Positions 57,646-64,000 of a stretch of 64,000 nucleotides of DNA are shown one piece after another. Source of the stretch: Macrostomum lignano (taxonomy: Eukaryota); NCBI GenBank assembly GCA_002269645.1, contig NIVC01002446.1:62001-126000 (forward strand), read 5' to 3'. The number at the start of each line of letters is the position of its first letter. Positions within the stretch are counted from its first letter, which is position 1. The notes beneath the pieces were generated by a model. That model worked only from the letters and a program-made list of their open reading frames with translations. It searched no databases and was not told the origin of the DNA. Position numbers and translations under genes: made by a program.

Positions 57646-60354
57646 ATGACCTCGGACTCGCCTGCAATCGAGTCGGCCACCGTTGAGGTGTCCAAGCTGA
57701 CATCTGCTGCCGCGGCCGACCTGGATTCTGCCTCGTTGGAGGCTGCGGAAGTCAAAGACGCCACAGCTGCAGATGCAGCAGGAGAGTCCACGGCGGCTGA
57801 CGCGGAAGAGGACGAGCACGCAACCTTCGCCACGGCCAAGCTCATCCGGCCGAAGCACACCGTGTCCAATGGCCAGTACATACCCAAGATTCGCATTCGC
57901 CTGCTGAATCCGCCAGCCGCCGCCGCGTCCGATTCCGACGAGCGCGATGCTGATGCCGAAACTTCGGAGGCTGCGCCGGCCGCCGCTGCCGCTTCTTCGT
58001 CCAGCCGACTGCGCGGACTGCTGATGCGCGGCAGCGGTGGCGGTGGCGATGGTGCTAAAAATTCTTCGCACAAAGCTTCCGTGCGCAAGATTATCGGGGT
58101 GAGTTGAGGCGAATTTTTCCGGGTCCGCTGTGTCCCCTGACGCCTCACTGTGTCCCCTGACGCCTCACTGTGTCCCCTGACACCTCACTGTGTCCCCTGA
58201 CGCCTCACTGTGTCCCCTGACACCTCACTGTGTCCCCTGACACCTCACTGTGTCCCCTGACACCTCACTGTGTCCCCTGACACCTCACTGTGTCCCCTGA
58301 CACCTCACTGTGTCCCCTGACACCTCACTGTGTCCCCTGACACCTCACTGTGTCCCCTGACACCTCACTGTGTCCCCTGACACCTCACTGTGTCTCTTGA
58401 CACCTCACTGTGTCCCCTGACACCTCACTGTGTCCCCTGACACCTCACTCTGTCCCCTGACACCTCACTCTGTCCCCTGACACCTCACTCTGTCCCCTGA
58501 CACCCCACTGTGTCCCCTGACATCTCACTGTGTCCCCTGACGCCTCACTGTGTCCCCTGACGCAATTTCCTCCGGTAGCGCCTCCCACTTCCACGCACTT
58601 AGCCCCGCTCTCCTCAGGTATCGTCCAAAGCTGTAAAACGGAAAGCGGCCACCGTTTCTGCTGTTTCTGCTGCCGGCTCAACTTCTACTAAAAGCGCATG
58701 CGGCGCCGCATCGGCAAACAAAAGGCTGAACAGCAGGTTCGCAACCAAGCGGTACCTTGACCTGGAGAATCCCAACTCTCCCCTGGCCAAAATCAATCTC
58801 AAGGCGCTGATCAATGCGGCCAATTTTGAGCGCCTGCCAGCGGATGCGCGCCAACGACTGCTGGCCTACTTGCCAGTCTGCGACCGGCCACCAGCCGACT
58901 GCAGCATAAAGCTGCCCAATGGCGCTCTGAACAACGAATTCCTAACCAAGACTTTGATTGATTTTGGCAAGCGGCTACAGCGAGGCGACTTCCGGGTGCG
59001 TCAGGTGCGCGCCGCAGCCGCAGCCGCCGCTAGCGCTGCTGCCGCCGCCGCCGCCGCCGCAGCTGCTTCAGTGACCCCTCCGCTGCCTCCGCCGCCGTCA
59101 CAGCCGCTTGCAGCTCCGCCGTCGTTTTCGTCGCCTTCGCTGAAAGTTGAAAAGCTGGAACCGAAGCTTGAGCTCAAAGCGGAGCTGAAGTCTGAACCGC
59201 AGGCTCCGGTGCCTGACCCATCCAGTAGTGGCGCCATCGGCTCCAGCAGCCCGATGAGCCAGGCGTCAGCTTCGGCCAGCTCACAGGAGGACGGCGGCGA
59301 GTCGCCCTCGCCCAGGCCGCTGTTCGCCAAGCCTCGCGGCGCCCCGCCGATCGCCGCCAGCAAAGGAAAACCCGGCGCCAAAGCGGCAGCCGCCGCAGCC
59401 GCCGCAGCTGCCGGAGGTCGGATCGTCATCAAGCGAACCGCCAGCGGCGAACTGCAGGCCAGGTTAAACAGCGGCGGCGACCTCGGCGCTTCGGACTCGG
59501 CGCCGCGCCAGACGCGAACTCTGGCCACCGTCCGGGAGCGCCTGCGCGCCAAGCGGGCCGCCAATCGGCTGGCCTCGGCGTCCACCGCCGCCTTGTCGCC
59601 GCCCGTGGCAACCACCGCCCCGATGGCTTCTTCGCCTAGCGCCGCTGTCGACGCCTCCGTGACTCTGACCTCCAGCAGCAGCAGCCTGTCCACGGATGTC
59701 TTGGGTGCTTCCGCGTCCGGTCTGCCAGCTGCCGCTTTGCAACAGCCTGAGCCTCCGCCGCCTCCGGCTCCATCGATGCCGCCAACGCTGACTCTGACCA
59801 CTTTAACAACGGCTGCGCCAACTCCTACGCCCGCGCTGTCCCTAATGGCGCCGCCGCTGCGGTCGCTCGCGTCGGCGGCTCCGGCTCTGTCCGTGTCGCT
59901 GACTTCTACAGCGGCCGGCAGCTGCCCGGCTCCGGCAGCGACAGTCTCGGCCGCAGCCATGGTTGGCCGGCAGAATCGTAGGCCAATTGCGATTGTGCAG
60001 CCAACTAAGACGCCGCAGGCTTTCAGTCTCGCGCCGAACGTGTCGGCCGCCTCCGTCGCTTCAATTGCCGCCGCCTCGTCTTCCGCCGCCGCCGTGGTGG
60101 CCAGTTCAGCGGCGCCGCCAGCCTCCGTCGAAGCATTCCAGTCGGTGATGTTCGGCAGCCAGCAGATGTACCTCATCCCGGCGATCCCGGCTCATCTGCG
60201 TGGCGCCCAGTTGAATCTTGTTGGCCTGGCCGTCACCGCATCGACCTCCAGCGCGGGTAGCGGCAGCGCCGGCGGCGTCTCCCCCGGTCCCAGCGGCGAC
60301 GGCAAGAAGGGCAGCCGGGAGGCGCCAACAATTTGCGTTCAGAAGCCGTGCTGA
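57646..60354 (+). CDS. Asx: ASX/ASXL-like protein with DEUBAD (ASXH) domain, 2 coding exons (57646-58098, 58618-60354), about 729 aa
   Basis: Exon 2 encodes LDLENPNSPLAKINLKALINAANFERLPADARQRLLAYLPVCDR...ALNNEFL...KRLQRGDF, matching the ASXL DEUBAD with its NEF motif. Intron GGG|GTGAGT...CTCAG|GTA is phase 0; AATAAA at 60658. Confidence 0.82.
58133..58562 (+). repeat. 20-bp minisatellite (CACCTCACTGTGTCCCCTGA) filling the ASX-like intron
   Basis: About 21 copies. Confidence 0.97.
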
Positions 60355-60807
60355 ACCGGCTTTCTTCTGCTTTTTGTGTTCCTAAAAATTGTGATTCTAA
60401 CCCGGGCAGCAAAAGAAATCTTGACGCTACTGCTAGTAGGCCACATCGTTGATAAATTTTTAACTAAATCGATCGGTCATTTTAAACGAACTTTTCATAG
60501 CTTGTAGATTATTAGGAGAGCGAATCGATTTAAGTCGAAATTTCGACAACTCTCTATACTACTCAATCACAAGCAGTAGTGCATGATACAGTTTTGTGAA
60601 CTAGCTGGTATACTTGCGTACATATTAGGCTTTATCCAGCTCGCATCCAGAGGATCCAATAAATTGGGAACAGGTGCGCGCCAATAACCTGTGCTGTTTC
60701 TCCCGTTTAATATATGATTTAAATGATTATGCACCAAATTCACCAAGGCAGCTGCTTTGCATTATTTCATTTTCGAGGTTACTTATAGAGCCTTCTTAGG
60801 CTTAGCC

Positions 60808-61250
60808 ACAGATACTAGAGAATAACTAGATGGGCCACTTAGCACATTTGCGTGCAAGCTACTTTCAGTTCAGTAGTAAGTTAAACAGAAGCATTTTAAT
60901 GTATTTTTAAAGCCAAGGCTCATTTATTGGCTCTTACCCCCCCACTCAAACCTCCAACCGCGCCTTTCCACACTACCGCCCCCCGCCCTGCCCCAACTTT
61001 TATTGCCTTTCTCTGAATTCCCAGCCTAAAGCTGCCATGTACATTTCAGTGGACTGGCTAATGTACATTATTGCTGAACCAATTAGCAAGCTGTTTACGC
61101 CTGCAAGCTTGGGTTTCTGAAGTCGTTTCAGCTGGCTTTATTTTTATAAAATAGCTTATATATTCTTCTTTGCTACAGAACTGAAAGTAGAAAGCTGTTT
61201 TACTGAGTATATATGCCTGAGTGGCCCATCTAGTTATTTTAGTATCTGTG
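60808..61250. mobile_element. MITE copy 1 with terminal inverted repeats
   Basis: Left CACAGATACTAGAGAATAACTAGATGGGCCACT, right AGTGGCCCATCTAGTTATTTTAGTATCTGTG. Confidence 0.75.
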
Positions 61251-61913
61251 GGCTTACCATGTAAATAGTAATTGCTTACATGTATCATGCCTGTATACAT
61301 TAGTTACAGAGTGCTTAGATGTGCTTATCGTGTCGCTTGTTTGTCATTAATTTTAATTTCACAATTAAAAATAATTCAATGTATTTTAAAATGCTTGTTG
61401 GGTTTATTTGTCATCGTGTGCCTTCTGTTCTCTGTCTCTCTGTGTCCCAGGGACCAATGCGCGCTTGTCTGCCCCTGTGCATGTCAATTATCAATATTGT
61501 TATAGATTCAGCTTCTCGCGTCTTCTATCCATCCAACTAAAATATTTGCCACTAATCTATAATCTTCCGTTTGCGTGATTGAAAGTTACATTAAATAAAC
61601 GTAAAATAGAAGTCGCTTTGCTATGCCCTTGGCAGTTAGTTCTGAGGTTTGCTAGTTGCATCAAGTTAGTAATTGTTTAGTATATTAACCGTAAGCCACT
61701 CACTTGTATTGGTAAATAATTTACAAATATATCCATACTTACTACACTGTGTTACACGCTATTATTGCTCGAGAAAAATTTTGTGACAAAAATTATTTTA
61801 ATCATTCACTTATTTCACTCTTAACAGTGAGGAAAGTCGCTGTTAAAAGTTGCTTCAGAAATTGGCACCAACAACAGTCAAGATCCTAAAATGACATGAC
61901 AACAACTACATGC

Positions 61914-62330
61914 AGATGGGCCACTCAGACATATTAGCAAAACAGCTTTCTACTTTCAGTTCAGTAGCAATAAAAGAATATACGAGCTATTTTATAAGAA
62001 TAAAATAATAGAATATAAGAAGGCAGCTGAAATTACTGATAAGTTTAGAAGCCAAAGCTTGCAGACGTAAACAGCTTGCTAATTGCTAATTGGTTTAGCC
62101 ATAATGTACATTAGCCACTAAAATGTACAAGGCAGATTTAGGCTGGAACAACCGAGGAGGGTAATAAAAATTGGGTGGCGGGGCAGGGGTAGAGGTTCTT
62201 TGTGGAGTTTGAGTATAAGCCTGGTCTTTAAAAATACATTAAAATGCTTCAGTTTAAGCTACTATTGACCTGAAAGTAGCTTGCACGCAAATGTACTGAG
62301 TGGCCCATCTAGTTACTCGTATTCTAGTAT
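61914..62330. mobile_element. MITE copy 2, inverted relative to copy 1
   Basis: Starts AGATGGGCCACTCAG, ends AGTGGCCCATCTAGTTAC; internal sequence is the reverse complement of 60808-61250. Confidence 0.75.
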
Positions 62331-62351
62331 TGGTTTTGTCAGCCTAACTGA

Positions 62352-62560
62352 GAATAAAGCCATCCAAAGTGAGAATCCTGCCTACGCTGACTGCGAAGGG
62401 CCTGGCTGCGTGCAGCCTTAGTCTATGGGCCATAGACTATAAAGGACAAGCAAAGTGATAAAAGCCATCCAATGTGAGAATCCTGCCTACGCTGAATACG
62501 AAGGGCCTAGCTGCGTCCAGCCTAGTCTATGAGCCATAGACTATAAAGGACAAGCAAAGT
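62352..62560 (+). repeat. Tandem duplication of about 105 bp
   Basis: AAAGCCATCCAA.GTGAGAATCCTGCCTACGCTGA...ATAAAGGACAAGCAAAGT occurs twice. Confidence 0.85.
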
Positions 62561-62591
62561 TTTAAAAGACCAATCGATTCTCACATTGGAT

Positions 62592-62790
62592 TTTGTCCCA
62601 CTTTGTCAAGGGCACAAATGTCTATGGCACAATAATAGTAATACCCATGCTTTGCGGGCGTTAATGAGAAATGATTTTCCCATTAACGCCCTTAAAGCAT
62701 GGGTATTAATGTACTATTAACGCCCGCAAAGCATGGGTATTACTATCGTTGTGCCATAGACATTTGTGTCCTTGACAAAGTGGGACAAAA
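62592..62790. repeat. Near-perfect inverted repeat of about 75 bp (hairpin) with a spacer of about 50 bp
   Basis: TTTTGTCCCACTTTGTCAAG...TTTGCGGGCGTTAAT / ATTAACGCCCGCAAA...CTTGACAAAGTGGGACAAAA. Confidence 0.9.
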
Positions 62791-63215
62791 TTAGCGGGCA
62801 GTTAATGATATTAACTGCCCGCTAATTTGCATTAGAGTAAGTTTGAAATAGACAATCGGGCGTTAAATGTCATTAACTGCCCGCTAATTTGCATTAAAGT
62901 AAGTGTGACTCCTGCAAGCGGGCTTAAATGTAGTTTATGGCATTAAAAGGCAAGAATAAGTGCCCAGCGGGCACAAAGGTCATGGTACAATGAGAAATCC
63001 TCGGGCGCCTAACGGCGCGCTCTGATTTTCCCATTAACGCCCTTAAAGCATGGGTATTAATGTACTAGTATGTGGCCCGGAACATTTTGTCTATGGTCGA
63101 ACTTAAATGCATTATATTTTGAACAAAAGCAGATTGAACGATTGGTGTATCAAGCAAAAAGTGGTGTGACATTAATTGTTCTAGTAATTACGTGCAGACG
63201 GTTAGGTAGCTACAG

Positions 63216-63860
63216 TTACGAGAATAATTGGACTCTGGCTCCGTTCTTCTCCAGAATGACAGTCGGGTTGCCTGATGGAGTAGGTTGACTGGACACAACT
63301 TTTTCATGCGATACAGTAAACACCTCGGTTTTCGTAGAATCCTGATGTAGGCCGGCTGTGAGACTATGAGAAACATTGATCTTCCTCTTTTCAGAGATGC
63401 GTTTGGTGTACCGGCTGACAGAATCGTTGCTGCGATGGCCTGAAAAAATATTGTTTAATTTTTGTCAATGTATATTCACGGTAATAACACAAATAGCAGT
63501 AGCAGTGCGAATACATGTATAGCGTCCCACTTACCTGTCACCGCCTTGATTTCTTCCATTGTGTGTCCATTATCGACCAGGTTTGGCACTGTTGTCGACC
63601 TAATGCAATGGTTCGTGTAGACTCGGCTGAGTCCAGCTCGATCAGAAATTTTCTTCATCATCTCGTTCAGAGTATTCTTTCCAAGAACACAGGTTGAAGA
63701 GTACCAATACATGTAATGGATGTTGACGGCGAATTGATCTTGACAGCTTTTGGAAAAAGAGCGCTCATCAGCTCCGGAATCTTGGACAGGTACATCTCGA
63801 CAGCCTCAACAGAATGAATCTTAAGCAGCATAGGCTTCTGAATTTTCTGCTTTACTGCAT
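63216..63860 (-). mobile_element. Crypton-type tyrosine recombinase (DUF3504-like) C-terminal fragment with one intron, degenerate
   Basis: VEAVEMYLSK...(frameshift)...WYSSTCVLGKNTLNEMMKKISDRAGLSRVYTNHCIRST...VTG|HRSNDSVSRY contains HxxR, GH and the catalytic Y; GT-AG intron 63440-63534; stop 63216-63218. Confidence 0.78.
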
Positions 63861-64000
63861 GTCTTATTAAAAATCATATAAAGACAGATTGATCTATGGT
63901 CATAAGTGGGGGCTTCGCCCCCACACCCCATTTTTGTGGGGACTTTGCCCCCACACCCCCACTGTAGCGGGCCGAAATGATAAGTTGGCCCGGCACTTTA

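Noticed and set aside
59001-60176. 391-aa antisense ORF, and similar ones at 12928-13803, 17536-18420 and 26116-26748
   Set aside because: Shadow ORFs expected opposite GC3-rich coding exons; no independent domain signal
61440-61505. Cys-rich QCALVCPCACQL after a CCCAG acceptor as a candidate ASX PHD exon
   Set aside because: The spacing does not fit the ASXL PHD (no CxxC...HxxC) and the frame closes quickly

Overview
Eukaryotic (animal, probably invertebrate) genomic DNA. GC-rich exons sit among AT-rich spacers and very abundant tandem repeats. The style recalls the repeat-rich Macrostomum flatworm assemblies, but the organism cannot be proven from the sequence. The main gene is an intact 19-exon filamin on the minus strand (47255->16383). 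All exon phases join, giving 6303 nt / 2100 aa with two CH domains and, by my count, 18 Ig repeats; it appears to lack the homologues of human Ig20 and Ig22 and has a 33-nt hinge micro-exon. 15 of its 18 introns each carry a different mini- or microsatellite array, often starting at or near a splice site. One intron hosts a same-strand, intronless neprilysin (M13)-like pseudogene whose zinc motif reads QEFGQ instead of HExxH. Other genes: a roadblock dynein light chain (50013..50306), an ASX/ASXL-like DEUBAD protein with no visible PHD finger (57646..60354) and an orphan ORF (12963..13937). Mobile DNA: mariner, Merlin-like and intron-containing Crypton fragments, a tRNA-derived SINE and several MITEs. 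A 2.57-kb block with no CpG lies upstream of the ASX-like gene. Most long ORFs in the supplied track are translations of repeats or antisense shadows of GC-rich exons. All coordinates and counts are manual.
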